64,000 nt of DNA from Eledone cirrhosa (GCA_964016885.1 OZ024744.1:58404001-58468000), one strand, 5' to 3'. Shown: positions 31,774-45,051, counted from the stretch's first letter. The notes: generated from the letters alone by a model not told the origin. Translations and numbers: made by a program.

Positions 31774-34632
31774 CCAGGGACCTCTGGAAGTTGTCCATAG
31801 GTCCCGGGCGGAAAGTCCTACCAAACAGACTGGTGAGCTCATCGTCTTCGACGCCCAGAGTCTCTCCGAGCACGTCGTCGTCATTGTAACGCACAATCCC
31901 TCTATAGAATTTCGAAGTGGAGTCTCCACTGATTGCTATGCCCGCTTGCCAGAGGACTGTGAGCGCCTGAGCGCATTCAATGTGCCAGGCGCCCATCGTT
32001 TTCTTGACCCAGTTGGGGGGTCGGTGAGGAATACCTGGAGATGCCGCAGACTCAGCTCTTGTTTGCGCATCATCAGCCACGGCATTCCCAGCCCTCCGTT
32101 GGAAGGGTGCTGACAGCAGACGGATCTCCTCACCAGCGGAGCCTGCTTCTTCCACAGAAACTGGAAGAGCACGCGTTCCATCTTGGCGAGGTGTTCACGG
32201 GGACAAGGCACGACAGTCAAGCGGTAGTAGATGACGGACGCTATGAAAGTGTTCGCCACCTCCTCTCGACCTTTCAAGGACAGTTTTTACTCTGGCCACT
32301 TCTGGGTGAGCCCAAACACCTTGGCCGTGACCTCGTTCCATTTTTCTCCACCTGGAGGTCTGGACCGAACCAGACCCCGAGCAATTTCACCGGTCCGTCC
32401 GTCCAGCGTCCAACGACGCTGTCGGACGTCATCGTTTTGCCTCTCCACGTACCGAGTTGCAAACCGACCGACTTGTCCAGGTTTAGTTTTGCACCCGTCA
32501 GCGTTTCGTATTCTTTCCGTAAGTTGCCGATCACCTCGATTTCCGAGGTGCTCGACACCATTACCGTCACGTCGTCGGCATAAGCCGACGCCGCTTTGCG
32601 CAATCTCGGTTCTAGAGGGATGCCCTGCAACAGCTCCAATTTCCGCAGTAGTGACTCTAGAGTCAATACATACAGAATGGAGGAGAGAGTGCACCCTGTC
32701 GAATGGAACGTGTGATTGTGAACGGCTCCGATAAGTAGCCGTTCACCTTGACCCTCGAGCAGATGCTGGTGTGCATCGCCTTGATCCAGCCTTTGAAAAC
32801 GGGACCGAAACCGGCCGCCTTGAGAACCGCTTCCAAGTATCGATGGTCGACCCTATCGAATGCCTTAGACTGATCCAAATTGATCAGAGTCCCACCGAAG
32901 CCGGGTTTACTACCCACCCTCTCTATGATGTATCGCATGAGGTGGAGGTTGTCGTGTATGGACCTGGTCAGGATTGCACACGTTTGCGCTTTCCCTACCA
33001 GGTTCTCGACGACAAGCGCCGACCTCGTCGCTAGCACCTTGGCCAAAATCTTTAACTCTGTGTTGAGCAAAGTTATGGGCCTGAAGTTGTTAATTTCGTC
33101 CCCCTTGTTCTCGTATTTCCTGATCAACGTTACTACGCCCTTGCCTGCAGAACTGGGAATTCTCCCGTTCTGCTGCCAATTACAGTAGACGGCTTCGAGG
33201 ACGCTAGAGAACAAGTCCGGCATGCGTATGTAAAACTCATAGGGTAGACCGGGTGATTTACGTTTCCCGCAACGGCCCAGAGCGTCCCGTATCTCAGTGG
33301 CTGTGATCGGTCTTTCGCAGAACTCGGCGTCCATGCTCGAGAGACGCGGCAGGCCGTTGAGGTATGAACCAAAGTCCATTTCCCCGTTCGGTGTACCGTC
33401 GTTCTGCTCAAACAGTCGCGCAAAGTGCCGCTGAAATGCCGCGCATATCCGCCCGGGGTCAAGTAGCACGCGTCCGTTTTGGTCTTTCAAAGACTGAATC
33501 GTGGACTTGTTGCCACTTTTCGCTTCCGCGACTCGGGCCCAGCTAACAGCTTTTGCTCCCTCGTTTCCTAGAGCACGTGATTTACTTCTGACCACGCAGC
33601 CTTCGTGTTTCGCATCGAAGAACTGGTCCAGTGCCGTTCTCGACGCTAGCACTCTAGCCGCGTTTCCACTTCTAAGTGCCTCCTCTACCTTGGCTACTAG
33701 TTCTCTTTCTATTTTGTTTTTCTCTAAGGCTAACTCTCTGCTAAACCCCATCGATTCTACTCTAATTGCTTTCTTGCGAGAGTACCACCATCTATTGTCG
33801 ACGATGGCTCCCGTTAACTGTTGCTTGACTAGTCTACTTATCCGTTCACTGTAAGCTTTACGTGCCGGCAACGACACGTTCAGCTTCCAGTATCCGGGTC
33901 CCTGTCTATGTGTTCTGTCACGGTTGACTATGCAGACGACTAATTTGTGATCTGAATAGGCAAACATGTGCATTCGTGGACAGCTTAACATCTCCTTGTC
34001 CCTTTCTCTAATGAAGAACCTATCTAAATACGATCTAGATGTCCCACTGCGGTTTGCCCACGTCCACTGTGGTGCAGTCGGGAAATCCAGTCGATACCTA
34101 TCGGCCAGTTGGAATTGGCCGATTAAAGTTTTGAGGCTGTTGCACCCCCTCTACTGGGACATGCTCCCACATAGTCCCATCGTGCATCTAGGATACCATT
34201 CCAGTCCCCCACTAAAAGTAAGGAGGGAGATGTTCCCAGAAAAGACTCTAGACGCTTAAAGAAGTCTGGCCGTGATTGCGATTGCCCGGTCGGGGCATAA
34301 ACAGCCACCATTCTGAAGGCTCCACCTCCGATACTGTTCACGTCTAGGACAATCAGTCTACCCTCCGGGTCCAAGTGTACTTGCTGTACTTCGACGTCCA
34401 GGTTCTTCCAAAACATGACAGGCACTCCCCCTCCACCTCCTGGCTGACAGAGAGATGAGTAGATCTCAAAGTCGTCGAAGATGGGGTTTAGTTGCTGCCT
34501 GTTGTGGATCCTGGACTCGGTGATGGCTATCACATCCATACTGTGTGACCTAAGGTCGTTTAAAAGTTGGCCCTGTTTCCAGGGCATCCCTAGGCCACGC
34601 ACATTCACGCTTCCAACTCGTAAACTAGCCAT
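31774..34632 (-). pseudogene. LINE ORF2: APE endonuclease + reverse transcriptase, frameshifted
   Basis: SVNVRGL, ITESR, AVYAP, VGDWN, YSDHK, GPGYWKLN, NFRPITLLNTELKILAKVLA, LDQSKAFDRVDH, IRQG, AYADDV. Confidence 0.95.
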
Positions 34633-34716
34633 GTTGGTGGAGAAGAGTTGGCGAAAAGGACGAAAAGGTGCACTTAACTTTTCGTTTCCTGGAGATCGGG
34701 TTGTTTAATCTCCATT

Positions 34717-36517
34717 TCAGTTCTGGTAGGGGGTGTTGGGTGGGGTGGGGAAACATTTTAATAAGACGCGGTTAATAGGTTTTTGACAGGGGTTGCCAAC
34801 ATCATGCGAAAACTGTTCTTTCAATTTCTGATAGGTTTCTATTGAAACCCTTATTAGTTTTAGGTGTGGAGACGATTCTGCTTTGACGAAAGTTTTGCCC
34901 TCCGTCTCCACCTTGGGATTTTAGGAGATGACCTCCATCAAACTCTTGTTGTTTGTGTTGATGTATGCGTATTGTTGTTTGTGTTTTTGTTGTGTTGTTT
35001 TAGTTTGTTGTTCGTCCATGAGTTTTCTTTTTATGGTGGGTACTTGTGTTTGGGGTGGTGTTGGTGTTGGTTTTGTTTGTAGGGAGATGTTTGACTGTGG
35101 TGTTGTTTGTGTTGTTGTTTGTGTGTGTGGTTGTGTGTTGGTGTTGGTGATTGGAGTTTTGTGGGTTTTGTGGTGTCTCTCTTTTTTTTTTTTAGATTTC
35201 CGAGGCTCTGCTTCTTCTTCACTTTAAGATGGAAAAGCAGCCTCATCTGTTAATGAATAATCATCGTCAGGAGTGTGATGTAGGGGTATGTTATGTGGTG
35301 GTGGTGTTTCGGTGTGTGTGTTTGTGGTAGTGTTTGATGGAGTGGGATGGGGTGGAGCTGTGTTCTTCAGGGGTGTTGTCTGTGTTTTTTCTGTTGTTGT
35401 TGGTTGAGTGGCTATTTGTTTTGGTGTGTTTGCTCGTTTCGTCTGTTGTTATACTTGTGGTGGTGGTTGTTTTGGTGTTGGTAATAGTGTTTTTTTTAAT
35501 GATATTGTTGTGGTGTGTTTGTGAAGGACAGGAGGAGCGTTGTGCTACCACAACGAAAGCAATGAAGTTTACGCCCCTCCACCGAAATGTTTATTTTGTT
35601 GTCGTCGTCGATGTCGACTTTTTCGGGTATTTTGGAGATTCTCTCCGACCTCATCTGCATCAGAATCTCCAAATCAGCACCCGCCCACCTCTGTCTAATA
35701 GACTTTCGTATTGAAAGAATAACATCAGTCTCTGGCTCCACGAAGCCACCCAAGATCCACTAGATGTTAATGTTTGGTGGTATATTTTTATTTTTTATTT
35801 TTTGTGCCCTTTTTCCAATGTACGTAGGGAAATAAGTGAATGCTTTTGACTCTATTGGTGTCACAGAATGTTTTTGGGCGAGTGCCTCGCTTTTAAACAG
35901 TACGGAAATACTTCCATACTGTTTTCCTCGTTGAAGAAAGTCAATATTTTCTAGTCTCCTTCAAGGTGGCTTCTATGTCTTCTTGACTCACAAATATTGG
36001 CTTTCTCGTTGTGTTTGAGACAGTCCTGAAGGTCACTGTCCTTCGAACTGTCTCTTCTTTTATTTCGAGGGGTGAGTTGATTCTAAACCCACCCTTGTCT
36101 TCGAAAGTTACAAATTTTCTCCCTTGCTGGAGCATATCTCTTGCATTGGTCAAGACATTTTTTTGTGGTGTTGCTGTTGTTGTTGTTGTTGTTGTTGTTG
36201 TTGTCGTTGTCAGCCTCGGTGTTAGAAATCGCAATTTCTTGACGAGGTGAAATTTTATCTGTAGATGTATCTATGGAGTTGTTGTTGTCTGTTTCATGTT
36301 TATGTATATTAATAGGTTTAATTCCTGTGTTATTTTTCTCCGCTTCGACGGTAGAAATTTTAAAATCTTCAAGTGGTAATATTATTTTTTTCTCTTTGTT
36401 GACAGTCGTTTCCATGGCGACGTCCATAGTGGCAGAAGCAGATATAACGTTAATATCTGCCTTTCTACCTCTCTTCTCTCTGTCGACGTTCTCCAGCGTT
36501 CTTTCCGAGTTATCCAT
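34717..36517 (-). pseudogene. LINE ORF1 (gag-like) in several frameshifted pieces
   Basis: Segments 36083-36517, 35941-36234, 35496-35753 (VEGRKLHCFRCGSTT, a CCHC knuckle remnant), then a low-complexity T/H/N/K-rich tail, directly upstream of ORF2. Confidence 0.75.
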
Positions 36518-36815
36518 GCTTTATAGTCGGCAAAATTTGATTTTTTAAAACCATTTTTAAATTAAATTTTCGCCCCTAAAGGGGCGAAAAATGTGATTAC
36601 CACCCAGCTGATAATTCAGCTTGGGGGTTAATCTTCAAAATGATATGTTTTTTCAAACAATTTGTTCATTTGTTTGTATAGAAATTTACAAAAAAGCTTA
36701 CCGGCGATGTTCCACACGTCAGGCAGATAGGGAGATAGATAGATAGATAAATAGACAGACAACTATTCAAAGGTGTAATATACAAATACCATATAATGTG
36801 AAGATGTGTATATGT

Positions 36816-36886
<71 letters not shown>

Positions 36887-37281
36887 GTGTGTGTGTATGT
36901 TCGTGTTTATGTGTCTGTTACTCTTTGTTTACGTTACGTCTATATTTGTATAACACTTGTCCTGTTTAATTATCGGCATTCGTTAACTTAGCCAATTATA
37001 TGTGAGCAAAAGTAAGCAAAATGCTTTGTGTTATTTTAAGCCGTTAATGGTTTCAATGCAACTATTCCACAACGTGTTTGAGACACTGTATAACTTGTTT
37101 CGGGAATGTGGTAGTTTGACCGACACCAGAACGTGTCAGTAAGAGAGATTCAAACAACGCACTTCATTTTTTTTTCTTTAACAAATCATAGCAATATAGT
37201 ATAATAAATATAATATATATGTTAGGTAATTCCGAAGAAAAAGCAAAGGAATAAAAGAGTGCTCTATGTATAATACAGAGC

Positions 37282-37477
37282 TATTTAATTAGAAAGTGAA
37301 CAACACAATAAATAACTACTCCATTACCAAAGGTTTCTGGATCCTAGACAATATTAATATACGTCTGGATCGTTCATCAGACAGCCGATGAACGATCCAG
37401 ACGTATATTAATATTATCTAGGGTCCTGAAACCTTTGGTAATGGAGTAGTTATATATTGTGTTGTTTACTTTCTAAT

Positions 37478-37483
<6 letters not shown>
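37282..37483. repeat. Fold-back palindrome (~97-bp arms, 8-nt spacer) with hammerhead-like motifs, adjoining (TA)n
   Basis: Arms ...tctggatcgttcatc / gatgaacgatccaga...; minus strand reads CTGATGA-stem-GAAA-cc ttt gg-TA. Confidence 0.85.
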
Positions 37484-37554
<71 letters not shown>

Positions 37555-37566
<12 letters not shown>

Positions 37567-37945
37567 TTGAGCGACTTCCGTCCGTCCTTCTGTCACGTAC
37601 TAGAGATGACTGAGGAAGGAAAGGGTGATGGCGTCACGCACTAGAGATGATTGAGGAGGGAAGGGGTGATGATGTCACACGCTAGAGATGATTGAAGAAG
37701 GGAGTGGTGTTGACGTCATGCACTAGAGATTACTGAAGAAGGAAGGGGTGATGAGAAACTACAGAAAACAGCGTCTTACACTTGTATGTTTGTGTGAATG
37801 TATGTCTATGAATGTGTATTTTTATAAGTGCGCCTGTGTTTGCGCGTTTATATTTATATAATCATACATACAAATGTAAGCATATGCACATACACACATG
37901 CACACACATATACACTTACGCGTCAGCGTGTTGGAAAAATCCTAG
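37555..37945 (+). mobile_element. Non-autonomous Helitron-like element carrying about 4 units of the 41-bp minisatellite
   Basis: Starts tatataaatttgag..gtccgtcc, ends gtgttggaaaaatcCTAG|T; shares post-array flank aaactacagaaaacag and terminus with 27283-27424. Confidence 0.6.
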
Positions 37946-38182
37946 TATATAATATGATTTCTAGCTTTGGCACAAGGCCAGCAATTTAGGGGAAAGGCGA
38001 AATCGATTACATCAACCCCAGTAAGTGACTGGTACATTGTTTATTTGACCCTGGAGGAATGGAAAGCAAACTTGACCTTAAAGAACCGTAACAAACACCG
38101 CAAAGCATTTTGTCCAGCACTCTAATGATACTGCCGCAATATAATACAATACAATATAATAAAAAAAACATAATATAATATA

Positions 38183-38392
38183 ATTGTTTCTACTTTAAGC
38201 ACAAGGCCAGCAATTTGCGGGACGGGGGAAAGTCGATTAAATCGACCCCAGTGTATTACTGGTTCTTTATTTTATCGACCCCGGTAAGGATGAAAGTCAA
38301 AGTTAACCTCTGCGGGATTTGAACTCAGAACATAAATGGCCATAACTTTAAGCTAGGAAGCATTGTGCCCGACGTTCTACCGAATCTGCAAT
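38183..38392 (-). mobile_element. tRNA-derived SINE (an older copy lies at ~37958-38136)
   Basis: Family consensus, reverse strand. Confidence 0.82.
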
Positions 38393-38879
38393 ACTGTCAT
38401 ATAATATAAAAGCTTGACGGGTCTCTGATACGATGTAATGACCGGAAAGAGATACAAACAGTGTCTGATTTCCGCCCGGATCAGAAATATACACAGAAAG
38501 AGAAGACAGCAGGAATTAGGAGTCCCAACACTTCGCCAACAGAATGTGGAAAACTAACCCATGGACGCATAATATAATTTGATATATAAAAGTGTAAAGT
38601 TCTCTTAACTCTTGACAGAGTCGCAGAGGCATCTAATATATATATATATATATATAAAAGTAAAAAACAAAACACAAAAACAATAACAAAGTGTGCAGTA
38701 CGAACAGTGTTGGTATTTGGTTCACGCTTGAGTTCCGAGGGTGTGAGGGGGATTGGTAGAAATACATTAAAAAGGGGGAAATATATAACTAGATCTACCA
38801 ACTCATAATATAATATTATAAAATTAAATCAAATTGTTTAGAACTACAAGTGAAGTCATTCTTTTCCTTTTTTTTTCAA

Positions 38880-38995
<116 letters not shown>

Positions 38996-39261
38996 TGGGT
39001 GTACACAATAGCAGTAACAGCAGCAGCAATAGCCGCACTAGCAGTAGCAGAAACAATAACATCAACAACAGTCACAACTTTAAAAAACCATCAAACCGGT
39101 CAGGCTTGTTTCATTTTGCAGATTTTATTCTTAGAGAATAGTTTGTTTTGCAGTGTTTAGTTGTTCAGCTTGCTAGCTTCTTTTGTATATTTAGTAATAA
39201 TGTCTATGTAGCAACCACCCAATTTATTGTAGCTTAATGCTGTTTGCTATCTATAACAGCT

Positions 39262-39296
<35 letters not shown>

Positions 39297-39528
39297 GGTG
39301 GTGGTGGTGGTGGTGGTGGTAGTAATGGTAGTAGTAGTAGTCTGTAGTAGTAGTAGTTTCATTTATATGTAAAAACAACAATAGATGAGGAGTTTGTTAT
39401 GTGGAAAGTTTCTAACAAAATGTCAGGACTACATTGAAATAGAACGTGTGAGAAAAACTAAAATAAAAAGTGAAACCTAAATAAAATGAAGTGAAATCAT
39501 TCACACAATTCTAAGAAGTTTCTCTCTC

Positions 39529-39587
<59 letters not shown>

Positions 39588-39602
39588 ATATATATATATA
39601 GG

Positions 39603-39716
39603 GAAAGGTTCAGGACCCCGACGGCAGAGCACAAGCCGTTTCGACGGCTATTTCTGGCGTCCAGAAATAGCCGGCGAAACGGCTTAAGCTCTACCGTCGG
39701 GGTCCTGAACCTTTTC
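39603..39716. repeat. GC-rich hairpin (~55-bp arms, 3-nt loop) between TA repeats
   Basis: gaaaggttcaggaccccgacgg...ggctatttctgg cgt ccagaaatagcc...ccgtcggggtcctgaacctttt. Confidence 0.88.
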
Positions 39717-39906
39717 TTATTACCCACTCTACTACCCAAAGTATCGAGTACTCTGGTGCGTTATGTGGTCCACCTGGTTCCTTACCACACTTCCTTCGGT
39801 ATATATATATATATATATATAATACGTAAGAAGAGTGACGGTTTTAAGTCATATATATATCCTTTATTATCTCAATGATTACATAACTACACTTATGATT
39901 GTATGA

Positions 39907-39957
39907 GCATCTGATGAAGTCACATGCATAACCAAGTAACAGAAATATGTATCATGC
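39907..39957 (+). ncRNA. Minimal type-I hammerhead ribozyme motif (stem II decayed)
   Basis: gcat-CTGATGA-[24 nt]-GAAA-t atgt a-TC-atgc, followed by AATAAA. Confidence 0.6.
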
Positions 39958-39993
39958 AATAAAACAATCATAGTAAAGTAACTCGGTCTTAAG

Positions 39994-40062
<69 letters not shown>

Positions 40063-40064
<2 letters not shown>

Positions 40065-40292
40065 GGGTGTTTCAAAAAATTTAATATCATCAAAAAATTT
40101 AATATCATTTGAGATGTAAATATCCGAGAAACTACAAGGTCTAGGATAACGAGACTAAGCAGGCTCCATGTTGAGTAACACAAGATTTATTCCTCAAAAC
40201 ATGTCCACGTTATAACATTAATTCACAATGTATATTTCAATGTGATAACCTTGGGAACAGGCCATTGATATCAAATTTTTTTAAACACCCTG
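40063..40292. mobile_element. Tc1/mariner-type MITE
   Basis: TIRs cagggtgttt.aaaaaattt.atatca / tgatatcaaatttttttaaacaccctg flanked by TA. Confidence 0.88.
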
Positions 40293-40298
40293 TATATA

Positions 40299-40445
40299 CC
40301 GTATATACCCCTAATATTCTGAGATGTACTTCAAATGAAGCAGCACGCATACTTCCGCGTTTCATATTCGGCGGACAAGTCGACCTCTGGTTTTGGAGAG
40401 ATATTTTTAGGCTCCAAATGTCGACTTGTACGCCGCCATATACGG
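40299..40445. mobile_element. pogo-type MITE
   Basis: TA|ccgtatat ... atatacgg|TA. Confidence 0.75.
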
Positions 40446-40842
40446 TATATATATATATATGAAAAAACAACCTGAACCCCACCCCCTTGTTTGAAGAACT
40501 TTGTTACGCGAACTGGCGCGAAATTTATTATAATTATTGACAAACCAATCAAATTACTTCTCTAAAAACCTGGCGTTTCGAGTCACTTTTTTTTCATATA
40601 AAACAAGTAACATTCAAAGACCAACCAGATGTGAGAAAAACCACAGACCCTCCATCTCAACTCTACTTTTGAAAAGCAGAAGAACTGCGAAACCGGTAAA
40701 GGAACCAAATAAATATATATATATTTTTGTAAATAAGACTTCAGTTGCCTTTTCGATTTCATCTTTTTTTCTTATACTTTCACTCGTGTAGGACACCTCG
40801 GTTATTTCTCATTTTGTAAAAAAACCCTCACTTTCTAATGTA

Positions 40843-40935
<93 letters not shown>

Positions 40936-41081
40936 CAGAAGGACTGTTTGCACCTAAGTCAACACAGATCCTGGAATATCCTTATTACAAACCGTAAATG
41001 ACGAAATGACATATTGCTCTGACCTGTCTTTCCTTATATAAAGCTTTATATTGGCAGAGAGAGAGAGATAGATTGAGATAG

Positions 41082-41113
<32 letters not shown>

Positions 41114-41716
41114 AGGGGGGGGGGGGGAGAGGGAGAGAGGGAGAGGGGGGAGAGAGAGGGAGAGAGACAGAGTGTGTGTGTGTGAGATTGAATGAAAGAG
41201 AGTAAGCCATTCATTAAGGTCATGTACACCACTCTCCCACATTCTCCCCCATGACTGAACAGGACAAAAGAACGAAGCATTTCCCGCGCTCCCGACCAAA
41301 GGAAAGCAGCAATGGGGGGGGGGGGGGGGCTTACAATGAACTGCGCCTTTAGCCGAGTGGTAGTGGTAAATCTGGTGATAGCGAGGAGAGGAAGAGGAGG
41401 AGGTTGAGGTGAAGAGTTACGATGACGACATCATCACTAAGAGCAACAACCACAGAAGTAGCTTCAGCAACAACAATGGCAACAACACAGCATTCAAAAT
41501 TATGTCAGATAGTGTAAAAAATAATCCTTATAGATCTTGGAATATCCTGACTACTGTGTGAGAGTGACTTCCCACATATATCATTATATAACCCACAGAC
41601 ATATACTGAAAGAGGGATATATATATATATATAAAGAGAGAGAGAGAGAGAGAGTGGGAGAGAGATAGATAGATAGATAGAGAGATAGATAGAGAGAGAT
41701 AGAGATAGATAGATAG

Positions 41717-42092
<376 letters not shown>

Positions 42093-42269
42093 CTGACTCT
42101 CAGTCAGCCATTTACTCAGGCTATGTATACCACTTGCATCATCAAAATTCTGTCTCTGGGATAAGAGTGTTCCTTAGGGTTGATCAAAAGCTTCATAGAT
42201 CTTGAAGTGTCCTGATTTTCAAGAATATGTGCCCTCCTCTTCTGTCTAGTTTAAAGGTACATATTGAGA

Positions 42270-43230
42270 ATATGCCCACTAATTAGGACCGTGTACGTTA
42301 CTCTCACCCATCTTTCAACAAATTTTACTGGAGGACAACAATCTACTTATTTTCTCCACCTCCCAATTTAAGTGAAATTTGTAAAAGTTGATGAGAGATT
42401 GGCTAGAGAAAAAGTGTCTCCAGACAGAGGAAATTGCCACTAACCAGAGGAAAACTGATTGCCGTTCATGGCAAAAAGAAGGCAATGGGGCAAATTTCAC
42501 GATGGACTCGATCGGTAGCCGGATCGGTCCCAAATGTGACAATGGTTGTTAAACAAAGCTCTACAGATCAGCAATGTTCAAACACTGAACAAGTGCGTAC
42601 AGAGTATTTTTGTTCTGCACTCCATTTCGGATCAAACCCGTCAGATGGACTTCCATGCTTGTATAGTTTTTGTCGAATTGGCAATATATTTCACAAACAC
42701 TGGCATGACAGTGGGTTTTGAAAGCTACTCATAGTCACCGGGTTGAAAGTCCTCTGGAACAGACCAGCTAGTTTCCCCGAGAACGTGATTACTTTCTTCG
42801 CACCACTAATCTTTTATAGATAGAAAACGTGGAACGACTGGCAGAACGCTGTAAGCGCTTGACAACATTCCAGATGCTAGATATCCAATCTTGGTCATCG
42901 CATAAGATAGAACTGTAGCTCTGTCAAAAAGAATGAACCTTCGGAAAACGTGCTTGATAAAAGGTGACTACACCTGTTCGCCAGTAAGGATTCTCTCTAA
43001 GTGCCGGAACATCAGCATGTTTGCATATAATCAACTATGGCCTGCCGAAGTCCCTGTGCAGAGGGTTTCGACAGCTTATGGACGGGCTATCCAATGAGAC
43101 GTGTATTTTCGACAAGATGAGGAGGAACAGATACTCCAATCCGGTTAAACGATAACTAAGACAATGCTCACTGGTCAAGTGGCTCCCCCAAAAAAACACG
43201 GTCAGTTTTTCGAAGAATCGAATATTAAAA
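42270..43230 (-). mobile_element. Old, heavily decayed Tx1-clade ORF2 3' fragment
   Basis: GPIRLPIESIVKFAPLPSF...VFLWLVAI...FFSSQSLINFYKFHL aligns by eye to GPIRLTTESIVMIKPPPPF...VFLCVIAM...FLSGQQLVRFFRYHF. Confidence 0.75.
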
Positions 43231-43264
43231 ATATAGGCATAGAAAATAATAGCAAGATGGTGAT

Positions 43265-43513
<249 letters not shown>

Positions 43514-44152
43514 CAATCAAGAATATAATCAGCAGCGTCAGTAACAACAATAACATAACAACATGAACCTTTTTAGAGAAATGGCCACTGCAACAGAAAC
43601 AATAGCAATTGCAACAGCAACAATAGCATCCACATGATTGAAAATAATGAGGGTTTTTTTTCTAATTTAGGCAATAGGCCGGCAATTTTAGGTAAATAGA
43701 TAATGATTTCTTTATTTATTTCTTTAAATAAATAAATAATAATAATGATATTGATAATTGTTGGCCTTATGTCACATGACCAAAAATAATAATACCTAAT
43801 CTGCAAGTATAATAATATGTTTGCAAAGAATTCTTTTTTTTATTACGCCATTTAGGAGAAAAACGAAAATACAATACAGGCCAAATGGCGTCAATGTCTA
43901 AGGCCATTTCTTATGCAATAAATTTCACAGTGAAGGCGCGTGGCTTAATGGTTAAGGTGTAGGACTCTCAATCATAACACCGTCAGTTCGCATTTTTACG
44001 TGTTGTGTCGTTGATGAAGGCACTTTATTTTATGTTGCTTCAGTCCACTTAACGGGAGAAATAATGAGTTGCCAGGGCACTGGTGCTAAACTGTATTGAC
44101 GTTTTCCTTTCTATTGGACAGCATCCCACACACATATACACGCACACACATA

Positions 44153-44590
44153 TCTATATACTACTAAAACTCTGTGATTGTGTGCTTATCTGTTATTTAA
44201 AATAGCCAAAAGGGCGCATAATGGAAAAATACTTTGAAAGGAAGTTGACCCTGAAAAGGGAATACAAATGGAATAAAACAAGTTTCCCGTATATTGGAGC
44301 ACGGTTTCCCGAGATATGGGGTTTGTCCGGGTACCTTCATAAACAAAGAGAAAGAAAGAGATAGGAGTAGTGAGAGAGTAGATTGAAAGAGAAACATAGA
44401 GAGGAGGCGAGGAGACAGAGAAGGAGAATGCACGAGAGAGAGAGAGGGGGGTTGAGAGATAGGGGTAGTGAGATTGGAAGAGAGACATGTCTGTGTATAT
44501 TTTAATCATTTAAAAATTACTTTTAAATGAACTTGATTTTTAAAAAATACTTTTAAGATAACGTGACCCAACGGGTCACGGGTGGTCTAG
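44153..44590 (+). mobile_element. Non-autonomous Helitron
   Basis: A|TCtatatactactaaaac 5' end; subterminal hairpin cgtgaccc-aac-gggtcacg (44562-44580); CTAG|T 3' end. Confidence 0.82.
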
Positions 44591-44593
44591 TAT

Positions 44594-44632
<39 letters not shown>

Positions 44633-44720
44633 GAGGTTATATTTAATTTGTTGGGATTCAACAAGATTAAACATTTTTATAACTGATATAAAGCACTCAA
44701 CAGCGTAGTGGAGTAAATAC

Positions 44721-45046
44721 ACAATATATTAATAAATGGAAACTATATTTATAAAACCATATTTATTTTATTATACATATTTCAAGGGCCACCAAATTAT
44801 GGTGCGCTTTCATCAAATAAAATACAGATTTGTTTTATAAATAAATATTGACATACCCGGAAAAAAAGACAACCTTGACTATCCAGGAAGCTCCAACCGT
44901 TGTCTTTTTTTCCGGGTATGTCAATATTTATTTATAAAACAAATCTGTATTTTATTTGATGAAAGCGCACCATAATTTGGTGGCCCTTGAAATATGTATA
45001 ATAAAATAAATATGGTTTTATAAATATAGTTTCCATTTATTAATAT

Positions 45047-45051
<5 letters not shown>
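44721..45051. repeat. Fold-back element: apparently perfect 153-bp inverted arms with 25-nt spacer, between (TA)n runs
   Basis: 44721-44873 is the reverse complement of 44899-45051. Confidence 0.95.
44948..45008 (+). ncRNA. Minimal type-I hammerhead motif (C3U variant); mirror copy on minus strand in the left arm
   Basis: tattttat-tTGATGA-aagcgcacca taatt tggtggccctt-GAAA-t atgt a-TA-ataaaata; 8-bp stem I. Confidence 0.6.

Larger units (their letters stand above)
31774..36724 (-). mobile_element. Near full-length Tx1/L1-clade LINE (5' UTR, ORF1, ORF2), 3' end lost
   Basis: ORF1 remnants with zinc knuckle, APE endonuclease and RT; 5' boundary abuts a GATA repeat at 36725-36760; homology to 57810-59037 stops after PGPMDNFQRSL. 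Confidence 0.92.
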
